This document shows, in pieces, positions 36,753-50,919 of a stretch of DNA of 64,000 bases; position 1 is the first letter of the stretch, and every line of letters begins with the position of its first letter. The stretch is taken from the NCBI GenBank assembly GCA_001662655.1, contig KV460217.1; one strand, written 5' to 3'. The notes below the pieces were generated by a model, which saw only the letters and a list, made by a program, of their open reading frames with translations, had not been told where the DNA came from and made no database searches. The position numbers and the translations under genes are program-made. This stretch comes from Pseudogymnoascus verrucosus. Its lineage: Eukaryota.

Positions 36753-39358
36753 ATGGCGTGGCAGGGCCCCCAAGGCTTGGGAGGCAATGGCAGCAGTGGA
36801 GATGGCACCAGCCAGTCCAACCAGCCCCAGGGCACCGAATATACTCTGCAAGGTAGGAGCTGCAGAAATTGCTAAAGCACAGGACTTCAGCTGACTGAAG
36901 GCATCTAGGTGTTATGCGATTCCTACAGACCGAATGGCATCGCCACGAGAGAGACCGCAACGGATGGGAGATTGAGCGCCAGGAGATGAGGGTGCGCATT
37001 GCGGCGTTAGAGGGAAATGGACGGAGATCAGATGTACAACAGAAGGGGCTGAGGAAATATGTCAAGATGTTAGAAAAGGCACTTGCAGCCGAGCGCAAGA
37101 AGGACAAGACAGCCAATGGCGTCGCAGAAGAAGTGAAGGACGGTGAACTCGCTGAAGCTTCGAAATTGAAGCCTCATACTAGGAGTACGTCTTCTAAGTC
37201 ACAGACCACTAGACAATTTGCTGACGTTTCTGAAGCTGCACCTGAGAAGCCGACCACGTCATTCGCAGTCCAGCAACCGGGCGATGCCGACAAAGAGGAA
37301 GACCCAGACCGATCAGGTCTGAAGACCTACCTCGACGGGTGTGCGAACGAGTTCACATATCTCATGGTCTCGCCATCCAACCCACAACCCCCACGCGAGC
37401 CCCAAGCGCAACATAACTTGGCCCTGGAGGAAATTGGCCAGGCAGAGCAGGCGGCACAGAGCCAACAAGCGCTAGAGGAGATGTATCTACCAAAGCAGAG
37501 CATGCGCGATATCGCCCGGCAGTCTCAACAAGCCAACCAGCAGGCTCCGCAGCAGGCCCAGCAAAACCTGCCCTTACGGAATAATGACGCCCAAGCCATT
37601 CCAATGGTTCGCGATCAATATCAACAGGAACCAGTGCGGGAGCAATACCAGAACCAATTTCAACAAAGTCAACCTGTCGAGGAGGACCAAGCTGCCCAAG
37701 TCAACCATACCTTCGACAACTACAGCAGGCCAGCCGAAAACGAGACAGTAGTAGAGCCTCGAAAGGAGGCCCAAACAGAGGCTGACGGCTGGGATTTTGG
37801 CGAAACCTCTGAATTCCCTGCCCCTGAGGTCAAGGTCATGCCGTCGAGGCCCGACACCGACGTTTTCCCAATCGCGCCACAGGAGCTACCAAAGTCGCCA
37901 AAGAGAAACGCGCAAAGGAGGCGAAGCTCGGGGTCGCGCAGGAAGAGTGCAGATGGCGAACAACTGAGTCTTGGGGTTGCGCAGAAGGTAGACGGCAACT
38001 TCAAGGTCCGCTTCGGCCTTAGAGGTCACCTGGATGTTGTGCGATCGGTGATATTTACCGGCGGTGGCAGCCCAGGTGAGCCAGAACTATGCACGGCCGG
38101 TGATGACGGAGTCGTAAAGCGATGGATCATCCCAGCACGCTACGAAAATGGAATCCACAGCGGCGCAAACGACCTCGACATCCAGCCCTACTTCACTCAC
38201 CGTGGCCACAACGGCTCGGTCATGTGCCTCACATCCTACTTCCCATCCGCAAACTTTGCGAGCGGTGGACGAGCCCAAGGTGACGGCTGGGTCTTTTCTG
38301 GTGGTCAGGATGCATCCATTCGCGTGTGGGAGCGTGGTCGCGTAGACCCCAAAGCCGTTCTTGATGGTCATACTGACGCCGTCTGGGCCGTCTGCGTCCT
38401 CCCTACCACGTGCGGCGCTATCTTTGGGCAGAACACCGCCTACGGCCCAGCCGACCGCATTCTACTTGCCTCCGGATCCGCAGATGGCACCGTGAAGGTG
38501 TGGTCCGTCTCCGCCCCACCTACGTTGATGTCGCCATCCGGCAGCACCGGGCGCCGCACTGGCCGCCAACGTGGTAACTCGATGAGTTCCGGCTCTGCAT
38601 TCCCCACCTCACCGCAGCCAAGCGTTGCCTCTACCACCCCATTCAATTATACTCTTGTCCACAGCATCTCTCGCGAAAACAGCACGGCGAGCCCGACGTC
38701 CATTGCTAGCCTAGGGCCGCGCGGCGAGAGCTTCTGCGTCTCGTATAGTGATGCGGCAGTTCTGGTGTATGACACGCGCACAGGAGAGGAAATGGCTGCC
38801 ATGGCAAGCCTAGAGACATACGATGGTACCACAGCTACTGGTGTTAATGCCGTTGTGGCTACAACCACCGGGCTCGACTCCTCCCTCACCTTTGACGCGT
38901 CGCGCGGGCTGTCGGAGGAAGACGTGGTCGTTGGTGGTGCAACAGGATCACAGGCTGGTATCGAGGGGACAGTCATTAGCGGACATGAAGACCGGTATAT
39001 CCGATTCTTCGATGCTAACAGCGGTATGTTCTCCATTCCCTTTTCCTCATCTCTTCGTCTTTCTACCCCTTTATGTGACCCGTACTAACGTTAGACAGGC
39101 CAATGTACATACAATATGCTGGCACACCCAGCTGCGATCTCGTGCCTCTCGATGTCGCCCGATGGACGCGAACTTGTATCAGGCGGTCACGATGCGTCGC
39201 TGAGATTCTGGTCATTGGAGAAGCGTGCCTGTGCCCAGGAAATGACGAGTCACAGACTCATGCGCGGTGAGGGTGTTTGCAGCGTGGTGTGGAGCCAGGA
39301 CGGACGGTGGGTTGTGAGTGGCGGGGGTGATGGCGTCGTGAAGGTTTTTGCTAGGTAG
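36753..39358 (+). CDS. pro11: Striatin (PRO11/HAM-3/Far8; STRIPAK scaffold)
   Basis: [32 protein letters not shown] striatin coiled-coil, followed by C-terminal WD40 repeats. Confidence 0.95.
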
Positions 39359-39869
39359 TGGAGGGCGGTATACCCGGTGGGCGATGTATATGGTATATGA
39401 TTTCTTGTGTAGTAGGAGCATTTCCGTTGCTTACGGCGCGTGCATGGGGTGTGGTAATTCGGGAGCGACGGTGGTTTGGAGCGGGTGTCGTAGGGGGTAG
39501 AATCTGTGGTGTTGTGTTGATCGAGGAAGTGAGGTGTATATTAGCACATTTGACTGGCTAGAGGAAGAATGAAGTTAAGTGGATGGTCATTCTGAATCAT
39601 TGCAAACGTCGTGTCTACGAACTATGGCCTGTTTATTATAGCTAAAGGCAACTCTCGAAAGTAGGTCCACACAGGATTCTACCATTAGTCGCGGAATTCC
39701 ATCACAGAAGATAAGTGCAATTCTAGTAGTAAGGAAACTTTTCTAATTGATATTAGGTAGTATGTATATGCATATGTTCTGACAACCCTTTCCAAAACAT
39801 CACCTCAAAAGACATTAAACTATTTTCAAAAAAAAAATCACTCCAAAACAAAAGAAAACTGTTTTTTTC

Positions 39870-42800
39870 TCAAGCCCTTGGCTCGGCCACAACCTCCTTA
39901 GTTCCATTCTCCACACCCGCATCAATGTGCTTAACCTGCTCAACCTTCTCCCCCTTATCTTTCTTGCCTCCCACCATCCCCTTAACCTTCTCAATAAGCC
40001 TCGCTGTCCTGCCACTACTCCTCCGCACGCGGAACAAATAATACAGGGCGACAGCTCCGAAGATATTGAATATGATGTAGGCCCACACGATCCCAAAATT
40101 CCTCCAGCGCTGACTCCACTCAATCCCGTTCACGCTCAGCTGCTGATCCGCCACGGTAAGTGGGCAGTACTCGCAGTTCGCCATCGCCGACGGGTTCATG
40201 ATTTGGCCTCCGGCCGCCGTGGCGTATTGCTGAAGATAGGCACCACATGACGTGCCGGGCAGCGGCTGCATGACGGCCAGCTCATTGTCAGAGCAGACTA
40301 TCTTGCGTTCGTGGAGGCCGGTGGAGACGATACCCGAGACGAGATACGTGAGCGGGGAGACGCGATACATAAAGATCCAGAAGCCTGGAAGGGCCTGCGG
40401 GGGTTGGAAGACACCGTTGAAGGTGAGGATGAGGGAGAAGAGAAGGGTTGAGATGCGAGCTGCGGTTTCGGCGTCGGGGAGAGCAGCAATGAGCAGATGC
40501 GCGTAAGTGCTCGAGAATATGAAGAGCTGGATGCAGAAGAGTAGAATAAGACCCTGGCGCTCGGATGACTGGAATCCGCCCAGAGTGTAGATGGGGTAGT
40601 AGTAGCTGGCGAAGACCATGATACCGAGGAGAATCTGGTAGGGGATCTCGACGAGGATGTTGGCAGTGATGAAGGCAACCCAAGAGTAGGCCTTGCTGGG
40701 CCGCTCGCGCACCTCGTACAAGTCACGCTGGAGGATGAAGCGCGGCATGATCTGCTGCACCATACTTGACAGAATGGCCGTCAACATGAAGATAGAGAAG
40801 ATAATATCCTGCATGCCCTGTATCGACGCATCTGCATGGAAAAACGAGAATCCGATGAAAAGCGCCGAGACGACTCCGAGCACGAACTTACTGTACACGT
40901 AGCCTGGCGTGCGCCAGTACTGCGCAAAGACTCGAATAGTTACGTGATACAGCTGCGTCGAGAATGGCATAGCAAATTCGCCATGCGAATTCTCAGCATC
41001 ATGCGAAGGCCGAGAGCCCATCTCTGTCTTGATGCGTGCAAGCTCGCGTTGGACACCGACAGACTCCTCGCTGTTTTTCCAGACTTCGTGCCAGTCTTGC
41101 GTTGCACGTCCGGAGGCACCTGCACCAACCATTGTGAGCATGTACTCGGCAGGGTTCTCCTCTGGGTCACACTGCGGCGCGCCGTTTCTCTCAAAGTAGC
41201 TAAGCAGAGTTTCCGAGTTCTTTCCAATATTACCAAAGTAGACTGTCTTCCCGCCCTTCGCGAGGAACAAGAGCCTGTCGAACTCTTGGAAGAGAATTGC
41301 AGAAGGCTGATGGATAGTCGCCAGAACAGCTTGTCCGTTATCCGCGAGCTTGCGCAGGAACGCTATAATGGCCCATGAAGACTGAGAATCGAGGCCCGAT
41401 GTTGGCTCATCCAAGAATAGAAGCAGTGCCGGCTTTGCAGCGAGCTCGACTCCAATAGTCAGCAACTTGCGCTGCTCGACATTTAATCCCTCACCGGGCA
41501 CACCAACGACGGCCTCAGCGAAGTCCTCCATATTAAGCATCTTGATGACGTCTTCCACGAAGTCTTCCTTCTCCTTATTTGACACGCTCTTCGGCTGGCG
41601 CAGGTAAGCAGAGAAACGAAGAGCCTCGCGCACGGTAGAAGTTTCCAAGTGAAGATCCTGCTGCTGCACATATCCGGTCTTGCGCTGGAATGATGCGTCG
41701 CGCGCCTTGCCAGATACCAGCATGTCGCCCGTAATGACGCCCATGGTCACGCGGCCTGCCAGAACGTCAAGGAGCGTCGTCTTACCCGCGCCCGACACAC
41801 CCATCAGTGCCGTCAGGGTGCCGGGCTTGACCCAGCCACTGACGTGGTCGAGAAGGCGGCGCTCACCGCCCTTGACAGGAACATCGTAGCATACATCTTT
41901 CCAGCTGAAGACGTCGGTTTGGGGTTCGAGAACCTTAACAGTTTCATCCTGTTGCCTCTCAGCAGCTTCGTCGTTACGGCCAACCGCGAGTGCCTCGCCG
42001 TTCTGGACCTCCTCATCGGTGTTGCCTCCTTTCTCACCCTCCACGATCTGCCTCGGCGCGTGTCCGCGACGGAACACAAGGACCTCGGCCGCGCTCTCAG
42101 TGGCGCTGTTGAACTCGGTGGCCAGCATGTACGTGAAGAAGAAGAAGATAGTGAAAGCCATCAGGATACCAAAGTTGCGCCACAGATGGCTGATGTGGTA
42201 ATCGTACGCAGCGGCGAGGAAACTGTCGCCATTGACGGTGGTCTCGCCTGCAACGGCGCCTGCGGTTGCGCAAACGAAGGTTGGGCCCGAGAGACCAGGG
42301 TAGGCGGGAACGAGCTGCGAGCAGGCAAAGTTCTGACCGTGTAGCTCGTTGACGAGGAGCGCTTCGAAGGTATACTGAATCGGATTGAGATACATGATCC
42401 ATTTGAACCAGGGGTGCATCAGCGGGCTTGGGATGACGTAGCCGGTATAGATGACGATGGCGAGAACCAGGACACCGGCAATCGCATGGGCTTGTGCTTC
42501 GGTTTTCGTGGTGGCTGCGATGGTACGGAAGATCATACTCATCGTAAAAATGGCGACGAAGTTGAACAGGAAGAATATGAAGAATTGCCCTGGCGTCCGC
42601 CTGAGTCCAGCGAGGAAGTACAGTATAACGTTGAAGGCCGTGGAAATGAGAAACTTGACTGGTAAATCTGACACCACGCCAGCCATTGCTTCAGCAAACG
42701 GATGATAGAAGGCATATGATGCCTGTTTAGACACGATCGGACGCTGCTCATAAAGCTTATTAATCTCCGTGACAGCCATCAGTGCATTAAGCAGGACCGC

Positions 42801-44519
42801 GAAGAACAGCACGCCGCCCTTCTGAAAGAAGCTCTGCGTATTATTCGGTGTGTTATAGAAAATACTCCCAATAATCAGCGCCATGATGGTCTGCCCAAAG
42901 ATGGCCGTCATTGTCGATGCCTTGTCGTTCCACAGCCGCTGATACGCGCGCTTCGTGCAGTACTTGACCTGCATCGGCACGCTGACCGTGTACGGCGACT
43001 TGGGACGCTGGTGCTTCGACTGCATCTCCTTGCGGCTGTCGTAGAACTCCTGCAGCGTAGGCCCACCAATCGGGTGGGCCGCCTCGTGCTGCTTGATCTC
43101 AGCCTGTAGCGTAGCATAGGCGGCGCTGCCGCGCCAGTACTTCTCGAAGTCCTCGGGCGTGCGGGGCACGCGATCCTCGAATCCGGGGCGCGCGCGACGC
43201 TCAACGGGGTTCGTGACCGAGGTCAGGAAATCACCCGTGGTCTGTCGTGGCGGACACTCGTAGCCCATGTCGAGGAAGTACTGCTTAGCGTTCTCGCAAG
43301 CTCCGAAGTAGATCTGTCTTCCCTCGTACAGGACAACCGCCTTGTCGAATTCATCATAGATGGCCTGACTGGCCTGGTAAATCGCAAGCAGATGTGCCGC
43401 GCCAGTCAGATTGCTGCTCATACGCAGGGCGCGCGTGAACTCGAGCGCAGTGGCGGCGTCAAGGCCGCGGGTGGAGTTATCCCAGGCAGCGATGGGGGCA
43501 CGGGAGAGGGCCATCTCGGCGATGGAAACACGCTTGCGCTCACCACCCGAGACACCGCGGACATACTCGTTGCCGACCATGGTGTCGTACGTGTGTGACA
43601 GACCGAAGACGGCCATCATAACGCGGGCCATGTGGTCGGCGCGTTCCTCGCGGGACAGGTCCGTAACGTGGGCCTGGGAAGTGCGGACGCGGGAGGCAAA
43701 TGTGAGCGTCTCGCCGACGGTAAGATGGGGGAAGTGCTTGTCGACTTCTTGGTTGTAGCAGAGCTCTCCCTTGAAGTGCTTGGTCATGAGGTTTTGCGGG
43801 ATGCCGTCGTAATGGATTACCGAGCCCGAATCGACTTTTAAGCCTTTCGTCTCCCCCATCAACGTCTTAAGCAGCGTGGAGCACCCGCTTCCGGGTCGTC
43901 CAAGCACAACCAACAACTCTCCTGGTTTGACAACACCCTCAAAGTTATTAAGAATGACCTTCTCCTTGCCCCTTCCAAATACCTCCCCCAACCTAAATGG
44001 CATCGCCAGTGTCGACCCAACAGTGTTTTGCAGCATCAGCCCCTTCCCCGCTCCTGTCACCCTCAGGTTCTTAAATACAATTCCGGCCTTGCGTTGGGCA
44101 ATCCCCTTCTCGGTGCTCAACCGCACCATCACGCGCGCCCATTTATACGCATCGAAGTTTGAGGAGGAAGGGTCCAATGCCGGATCCCCAGGCCCTAGCT
44201 CAGCATATGTGTCCCGACGAGACAGCGTCGAAGCAAGACGGTGAAGCTCGTCACGGTCAGTTGGTCGAACGGAGTCGACAAAGCCGCTCTGGCGACGTTC
44301 GCGTGCGGTGGCGGTTGTGGCAGTGGGCCGCAGTGGCGCATACTGGGTGCCTTCGCCGTCATCCTCGATGTCTACTTCATCAAGGTCGGCCTCCTCATAT
44401 GCGAGGGGAGTAGGCGTATGCTCTGCGTCTGTATATACGCTCGAGTGGCCGGGACTGACCCCTTCAGCCTTTGCGTCATCGAGCCCGTGGTGAGGCGATG
44501 AGAGGCCGTTGGAAGCCAT
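39870..44519 (-). CDS. Full-size PDR (ABCG) multidrug ABC transporter
   Basis: GRPGSGCST Walker A1, [37 protein letters not shown] and [15 protein letters not shown] x2; single 1549-aa ORF. Confidence 0.97.
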   Translation of the reverse strand: MASNGLSSPHHGLDDAKAEGVSPGHSSVYTDAEHTPTPLAYEEADLDEVDIEDDGEGTQYAPLRPTATTATARERRQSGFVDSVRPTDRDELHRLASTLSRRDTYAELGPGDPALDPSSSNFDAYKWARVMVRLSTEKGIAQRKAGIVFKNLRVTGAGKGLMLQNTVGSTLAMPFRLGEVFGRGKEKVILNNFEGVVKPGELLVVLGRPGSGCSTLLKTLMGETKGLKVDSGSVIHYDGIPQNLMTKHFKGELCYNQEVDKHFPHLTVGETLTFASRVRTSQAHVTDLSREERADHMARVMMAVFGLSHTYDTMVGNEYVRGVSGGERKRVSIAEMALSRAPIAAWDNSTRGLDAATALEFTRALRMSSNLTGAAHLLAIYQASQAIYDEFDKAVVLYEGRQIYFGACENAKQYFLDMGYECPPRQTTGDFLTSVTNPVERRARPGFEDRVPRTPEDFEKYWRGSAAYATLQAEIKQHEAAHPIGGPTLQEFYDSRKEMQSKHQRPKSPYTVSVPMQVKYCTKRAYQRLWNDKASTMTAIFGQTIMALIIGSIFYNTPNNTQSFFQKGGVLFFAVLLNALMAVTEINKLYEQRPIVSKQASYAFYHPFAEAMAGVVSDLPVKFLISTAFNVILYFLAGLRRTPGQFFIFFLFNFVAIFTMSMIFRTIAATTKTEAQAHAIAGVLVLAIVIYTGYVIPSPLMHPWFKWIMYLNPIQYTFEALLVNELHGQNFACSQLVPAYPGLSGPTFVCATAGAVAGETTVNGDSFLAAAYDYHISHLWRNFGILMAFTIFFFFTYMLATEFNSATESAAEVLVFRRGHAPRQIVEGEKGGNTDEEVQNGEALAVGRNDEAAERQQDETVKVLEPQTDVFSWKDVCYDVPVKGGERRLLDHVSGWVKPGTLTALMGVSGAGKTTLLDVLAGRVTMGVITGDMLVSGKARDASFQRKTGYVQQQDLHLETSTVREALRFSAYLRQPKSVSNKEKEDFVEDVIKMLNMEDFAEAVVGVPGEGLNVEQRKLLTIGVELAAKPALLLFLDEPTSGLDSQSSWAIIAFLRKLADNGQAVLATIHQPSAILFQEFDRLLFLAKGGKTVYFGNIGKNSETLLSYFERNGAPQCDPEENPAEYMLTMVGAGASGRATQDWHEVWKNSEESVGVQRELARIKTEMGSRPSHDAENSHGEFAMPFSTQLYHVTIRVFAQYWRTPGYVYSKFVLGVVSALFIGFSFFHADASIQGMQDIIFSIFMLTAILSSMVQQIMPRFILQRDLYEVRERPSKAYSWVAFITANILVEIPYQILLGIMVFASYYYPIYTLGGFQSSERQGLILLFCIQLFIFSSTYAHLLIAALPDAETAARISTLLFSLILTFNGVFQPPQALPGFWIFMYRVSPLTYLVSGIVSTGLHERKIVCSDNELAVMQPLPGTSCGAYLQQYATAAGGQIMNPSAMANCEYCPLTVADQQLSVNGIEWSQRWRNFGIVWAYIIFNIFGAVALYYLFRVRRSSGRTARLIEKVKGMVGGKKDKGEKVEQVKHIDAGVENGTKEVVAEPRA

Positions 44520-46064
44520 TACGGCAGTGTTATATAATTGCTCTCAAAACGCTCAATGTGTTCTGAATTCTGTATTCAAAGCTCAAAAAAGATCCCGTTA
44601 TAGCTTCTTTTGTAGTTGGAGATGGTAAGATACGTTAGAGAACTGAGCTTTCTCCTCTTTCTCCTCCCCAAGGGGGGGGGACCATCAACCCTATATCATA
44701 AGCCAGAGACAGTTTTCCAATTCCGTTCTAAACAATGCCGATCCCCACCATTGACGGCATTGGATTGGCCCCTGGCCGCCCTGGATCCTAGGTTCGCCCG
44801 GCGCGGACACTGTGATGGGCTTTAACTATAAAGCATGTCGTCATAGAACGGCCCGCCACCACCCACGGATGTCTTGACGGCCGTCTCACACCGATGTTAT
44901 GCAGGCGTTCGGAAGCATAATTCGTCCATAATCGATGAATAAACACATCATCCAGGAACGACGCTATAAGGAACACCGGGAGGACGAAAATCTGGTGGAA
45001 AATAGTGAAATAATACTGGAGCTCGAACTGGGATGTTGTGGTTCCGACAAGCTATTTTCTATTTTTGCGACTTTCGGTGCCTCGGCCATGTAAACCCCCG
45101 GCTCCGATCGCCGACAGGACCATCCAGTTGGCTCAGCCTTAAGAGATGGATTTGCTTGTGAGAGCATAATATCCATAATAAATGAGAAAATCCCGCCCGT
45201 AAACAAAAAGCTTATAAAACCTCCGTAAACAAACCCTTCACTCTGCGTAAGAAAAGCCGCGCAATCCCTTCACGGCCCCATTTATATCTCCAATAATTCC
45301 AATATTCCAGCTCTTGGCCGACACATGATACGAGGTGAGACGAAGGAAGACGGAATAAGACGAAAGAAGATGAAATAAGATTAACTTCGACCGTTGGGCC
45401 GCTGACCGTTGCCTCAAAGACCCGATCCCCTACGATGTTTCAGTGGCAAAAGTGGCGAATGCAGGTGCAGATCATGAGCTATGGCGCTATTATAACATTA
45501 CAGTGGAACACTTCTAACCCTGCTCTCACTACCAAGACTCTTGAGATAGCACTAGCATCGCGATTAGCACTAAACTCGCCGGCTGGACCGGGCTGGGCTC
45601 GACGGAGGAACAATGCGCCTAGATCACGGTGACCACGGTGGTTGAGTGCCGGTCGGAGAAGGCGGCGAAAGTGCCGATGTGGGGGAGTCGGGGTCGGGGC
45701 CGGGATGGATAGCTGAAGGTCGGGGGGATTTTCTCCGAGCCTTGGGGGTAAGGCTGAGGCTGAGTTGTGGATTTACATGGAAAGATATAGAGATGGGAGA
45801 GATACGTCGTGCGATGGATTGATGAGAAACCGGTGGTATTATACAGCAGGATTAAAATGGTCATTAGATCGATCGGTGATGGATACAGACGGGCGAATGG
45901 AAGTATATTAAAACAGGCCCATCTTTCTTCCCCCTACCCCCTTTTTTACGCCTTGCCCGTCGCTCCTTCCTTTTCATCCTTGGCCTGTTCGCACCTTCCC
46001 TTTCACTCGCACTTTCCACTTATTCCCATCGCTCCTTCCCTTACACCTACACCCGCTCCTTCCT

Positions 46065-47463
46065 TCAGTGGAAGACGGTCTTTGTCACCACTGGTGCTTG
46101 CCACCACTGTCCGACATGGCAACGGCAAGCGCGCTCGATCTCGTCGTCCTGGAAGTCCTTGAGCTTCGGCCACTTGGGCAGGTACGTCTGGCAGCGCGAG
46201 TTACCAAGTCTGCCGCCGTAGTTGCCGAAGGGTCCCTTGTCGCCGAGGCTGCGGGCGGCCCAGCGGTTCTTGATGGTCGTTGTGGTCGTGATGGCACTGG
46301 ATGCGTTAGTACGCGTCTCTCCATACCGCATCTTCGCGACGCATATCGACATAGGGGGAGGGAGATCGTCAAGGGGAAAGGGACACTCACTTAACCTGCT
46401 TAACCTTCAACCAATCGTAGCAGAACGCCAGGCTATCCGTCTTCCTGTTCCCAAAGCACCCGTGGAAGTCAAACACCAACCTCGGCGGGCAAGGGGGCGA
46501 AGTTGGCGCTACCGTCACCACTGGTGGTGCGGTTCCAGAAGGAGTCGGGTATTGGCAGTCGTACACGTTGATGCGGTCCTTGCCTCCACACTTCTGGCTT
46601 GGGTTGCCTGCACAAGGCATATCGCACTGCTCGTTTCCATCGGGCGCGGGCACACCAGTCGAAGCAAGGGAATCCGCACACCAGCACTCCTGACCATACT
46701 CTGTTCCAGCGAAGCGGAAGCCAAGGGCGATACAGGCAGCGGTGCATGTCTCGTGGGATTGATTGGCATCACCGCCCTCGACGGAGGTCTTCAGTGTGCG
46801 GCCAGAGGTGGAATCCGTGTAGCATCCAAGAGGCTTGCAGCCGTTGACGTCCGGTGGTGTGGGGATGGCGGCAGAGCAGTCCCAGAGATCGAGATACTCC
46901 TGACCACCGCAGGTCTTTGAGGAGTCGCCAGAGCAGGGGAAGGTGCACTTGGATGCGTCAATGACCGGAGGCGAGACGTTGTGAAGGACATCACCACACC
47001 AGCACTCGAAGCTGTATTCGAGGCCGGCATACTTGAGACCAGCGGCAAGGCAGATGGCGCGGCAAGACTCGGGGGTCTGGGCACCCTCGTTAATCTGGGA
47101 GTTGAAAGTCAGGACGCGCGAGGGGAGACCGATGGGGTCGGCGTAGCAGCCGAGGTTGACGCAGGAGGTTGCTGTGGAAGTTGGGGCCGCGGTAGTGGTA
47201 GTGGGTTTCTTGGTCGTGGAGGTGGTGCAGGGCGGCTCTGGGTTTCCGCCGCCGCCTCCACCACCGCCATGGTTGCCACCGAGGCCAAGGAGGCCGCCGA
47301 TGCCTCCAATGATGCCGCCGAGGAGGCCACCGAGTCCGCCGACGTTGACTCCCACACCCACGCCTACTCCCACGCCTGCACTACCAGGGTTTGGGTCTGG
47401 GTTCGCTTTCGCGTTGGCTAGGACGACGAGGCCCGCGGCCACAAAAGAAGCAGAGATCTTCAT
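46065..47463 (-). CDS. Secreted protein with Gly-rich/Thr-rich linker, two WSC domains and a small Cys-containing C-terminal domain
   Basis: Signal peptide MKISASFVAAGLVVLANA; two LGCY.D...C...C...AG.EY..ECWC...C..PC.G....CGG repeats; intron near 46282-46390. Confidence 0.9.
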
Positions 47464-50085
47464 TGTGAAGGTAGGTTCGAGGTGTCTCGAGAATAAATAA
47501 GACAGATGTGGGTGGATAGAAGACAAGGAGGTGGGATCCTAACAGCAGATCCCCCGCTCTAAATACCCCTTCCCTCCCTCACTCACGATGCCTCACCTCG
47601 CAACCATGTGCCGTTCATCTCCCAGCATTCTCGCAGTTGACAAACACAGCTTCGGCCTGCATCCCCTGGTCTTTCCGGCAGGCTACGCCTTACTCCGTGC
47701 ATTCCCCGCGCGCTCTGTCACTTATTCCTCACTCTCGTAGCCTTTTTCAGCCCCGCTCCTGTCCGTCTGCAGGTCCCCAATAAAGCCTGCAGCCGTAATA
47801 TTGCCACCTTGCTCCATATTAATATTCCATGGGTGGCTATCCGCATCTGGATGGGCTGGCCCCTACAGACCGTGCATGGTCCCCGTCTTCCTATCTGGGC
47901 ATCGATGGTCGCTGCCAACGCGCTTTCGGGCCCGGCATGGTCAATGCCGGCGCCTTGTTGAGAACATACTGGTCACTTATCCCGCGATAGATGAGGGTAT
48001 ATCAGGGTGGTATTGAGGTATAAGCGCCTGGATGGGGCTCGGACGGGACTACCAACCAACAATACCTAGCACTGTCTTTCCCTCGGCCGTTCCCCTTTCT
48101 GTGGCTGCCCTGGAAAGAGAAAGACGGAAATGAAATAAATGGGAAGGCTCGGCAAGGGACAGTAACGAGGGGGAGGCGCGAGCTGAATCGACTGATCGGA
48201 TCGTGCATTTATCAGTCAGCAAGGTGTGAATGTGTTGTTCGTGGTTGATACTTCCGTGTCTATTGTTAGAACAAGAGTTTATACTTCATTGACCACGCAC
48301 CACATCGAGTATTATGTGCAGAGTATGCAAGGTATGCACCGCATACAATCATATACCCCATGTCTCGCAAAGAATATATCGAATGGTATGTATCAAATAG
48401 GATATGTGGTCAGTCATCGTACCCCGTATTCGAACACACAAAGCGATATACTCGCCTGTAGGCAATATGCGAGTGGTCGCATCGCATCACAGCCGCACTA
48501 TATCCCACATATCCTTCCCGTGCCACCAATACTTTCCCCTGAGACTTGCGGCGGTCAAGGCACACAGTGCCACACAGTGCCACAGTGCATATATCGTGCA
48601 TACCCCGTACATAACTGCATATTCTTCCTGCTTCGCATCTCATCCATACCACGCACTACAGGCGAGCCCTGGACAGCCAGCGCACACAGCATAGTGTCGC
48701 ACAAAATCGAGCATTCTCCTCGCTTCCGACGAGCTCGATATAAGACAAGTCTGATATACGACGGACCCTTTCCGATGCAAGGCAGCGCACCTTACCCAGG
48801 CGATGTGTGGCAATGATCTAGACCAAACAGTGCAGCACAAGTGCACTATCGAAGCGCTAACCCTGTCTACTCCCCAAATCCGTGCCTGTCTGTGCGCCGG
48901 GCTTGTCGCCTGCGGGTCTAGCCTGGGCCGCGGTCAACCAGGTCAGCGTGTTTATATTAGTGGCGATATGCTTGTGTTGCTATGGCGGCGGGGTATGTGA
49001 ACTGGGAGTGTAGGTATGAGCAGGAAAAGTAGGTGCTATGTACACATTCACTGGCGGGTCCGAGAGTCAATCAAAGCGATGAGGACGCCTTAGGAGTGGG
49101 TTGGATCAAGAAGGGGGGTTGAGATTCATTGGGGGAGATAGGCTTGGAATGCTTGGTGATGCTTGTGTTACATGGTAGCTGCACGTGAGAGAGGGGGAAT
49201 AGAGAGGCGCATCCAGAGGATAGTTCGGGAGAGACACATGGGACGATGGTTGGTGGATGCATTGAGTTCAGGGGATAAGTTCCTCGCTAACTTTGTCCTG
49301 TTCCACCGCTGAGCAGCCGCCTGGTGCGGCTTCAGGGTCCGAGGTCCACCACCGGCACGAAGTTTCGTGTCCAGCTCCAAGGCTACGCGCCCATATCTTG
49401 TGCGCTACAGCGCGTGCCCGACCCGATGGAGAATCTGCACATGAAAGATGATCCCTCGTGTCTCAGGGAGTTCCAATGCACCACAACATGGCAGTCACGG
49501 GGAAGTCTCGCAAACCCACTCGCCAAGTTGAACACAGCAAGGGACCCTGCAGCTTCGTCCGCATAGTTCTCCGAAAAGGCAAGAGGCAGCTCAGAAGTGC
49601 AGGTATATTAGGGAACAGACAGAACCGACAGCCGTGAGACACTGTATGTACTGTAATGGGCGGTGTGTATGCATTCGGTTGAGCACCGAACGCGAGAGCA
49701 ACACGCGGTACGAAGTCATAGCTCTGACAACGAAAAGTGAGACACCAACCCACGTTCCGTACGTATGCTATCACAGCGCTCGGTGAAGTATGATAACCTC
49801 CAGACTGCTGTACTTGCAGCTGCCTTAGCTTCGCGCCATTGGCCGGCTGGATGTGTCCATAGTGCTTTATTGCATTAAGCACACATGGAGTAGTATGGGT
49901 GATGTGGCACATATATCCACTCTTGACCTATTCCAAGAATTCCATTGGTGTGTATGGGCGCCGCCATCGTTGTCCAGATCTCGGGAGTTGGCCGCTGGGC
50001 TCGGTCTAGTTTCTCTTTGACGCTGGTCCTCGTTCTTCTTTAACCATTCAAATGCGCCGCACTCCGGCAGTTGCGGCATCCTCTC

Positions 50086-50919
50086 TCAACCTCCACCCTC
50101 AATATCACCTCCGTCCAGCCACTCATCCTCCGGGTCCATATCCCTATCCTCCCCATACAACACCTCGCAAACGCCGCCCAACGGCACATCCAAGCACGCA
50201 TCCGTTCCCACGCTCCACACAGCCTTCCAATCCTTCTCCTGCCTCAAGCTCTTCATCCTCTTCTTCTCCAATTTCTCCTTCCTCCTCACCTCCTTCCCCT
50301 TCTCCACCACCCCTGCGTGCTTCCCCTCCGGATTACTCCTCTTCAAGCTCCCCTTCCCATCCAACGTCGCCACATTCGCCGCCTGATCAATAATCGTCTC
50401 AATGCTACTCATTGGCAGCGTCAGGTACCCCGTATTGTATGCCGCAAGCGCGACGTAGATGTACACAATACACATGACCAGCCAGGACGGGATCGCCAAC
50501 GACCACCAGCGGTTGGGGTAGTAGTAAATCCCCAGCGCGTGTAGGAATGGGCTGGGTAGATAGCTCCACAGGATATACATGAGGAACGCGAGCGACGAGA
50601 ACAGGTATAGCACAAAACCGTAGTATTCGTAGGTCGGGACCTTAGGGCTGGCGCGTGGGACGGGTTCGAAGTCATCGTTGTCGGAGGCGTCGGGAGTGGT
50701 AGGGCGGGAGGGTCGGAGGAGGGAGGTTAGAGAAGGCGAGGGCGGAAGGGGAGTCGGCGGCCGGTTGTAGAAAGGGGGCGCGAAGAAGTTGTGGTGGACG
50801 AGAGGAGGGGAGGGAGATGGTGATGGCTCTGGCGAGGAGGAGCTGGGGGATCCGTTGTAGTGGGATTGGAAAGCGGATTCGTCGTCGTCGTCATCGTCGC
50901 CAGAGGAGTAGGACGTCAT
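50086..50919 (-). CDS. GPI19: PIG-P/Gpi19 subunit of GPI-GlcNAc transferase
   Basis: EYYGFVLY, YILWSYLP, LGIYYYPNRWWSLAIP and DVPLGGVCEVLY. Confidence 0.9.
   Translation of the reverse strand: MTSYSSGDDDDDDESAFQSHYNGSPSSSSPEPSPSPSPPLVHHNFFAPPFYNRPPTPLPPSPSLTSLLRPSRPTTPDASDNDDFEPVPRASPKVPTYEYYGFVLYLFSSLAFLMYILWSYLPSPFLHALGIYYYPNRWWSLAIPSWLVMCIVYIYVALAAYNTGYLTLPMSSIETIIDQAANVATLDGKGSLKRSNPEGKHAGVVEKGKEVRRKEKLEKKRMKSLRQEKDWKAVWSVGTDACLDVPLGGVCEVLYGEDRDMDPEDEWLDGGDIEGGG

Noticed and set aside
45338..45380. 10-bp-period AGACGAA-like repeat upstream of the ABC transporter
   Set aside because: Short, degenerate minisatellite with no evidence of function.
47700..50050. ORFs such as 48226-48816 and 49463-49912
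   Set aside because: No recognisable motifs or coding-like composition; treated as intergenic or promoter DNA.
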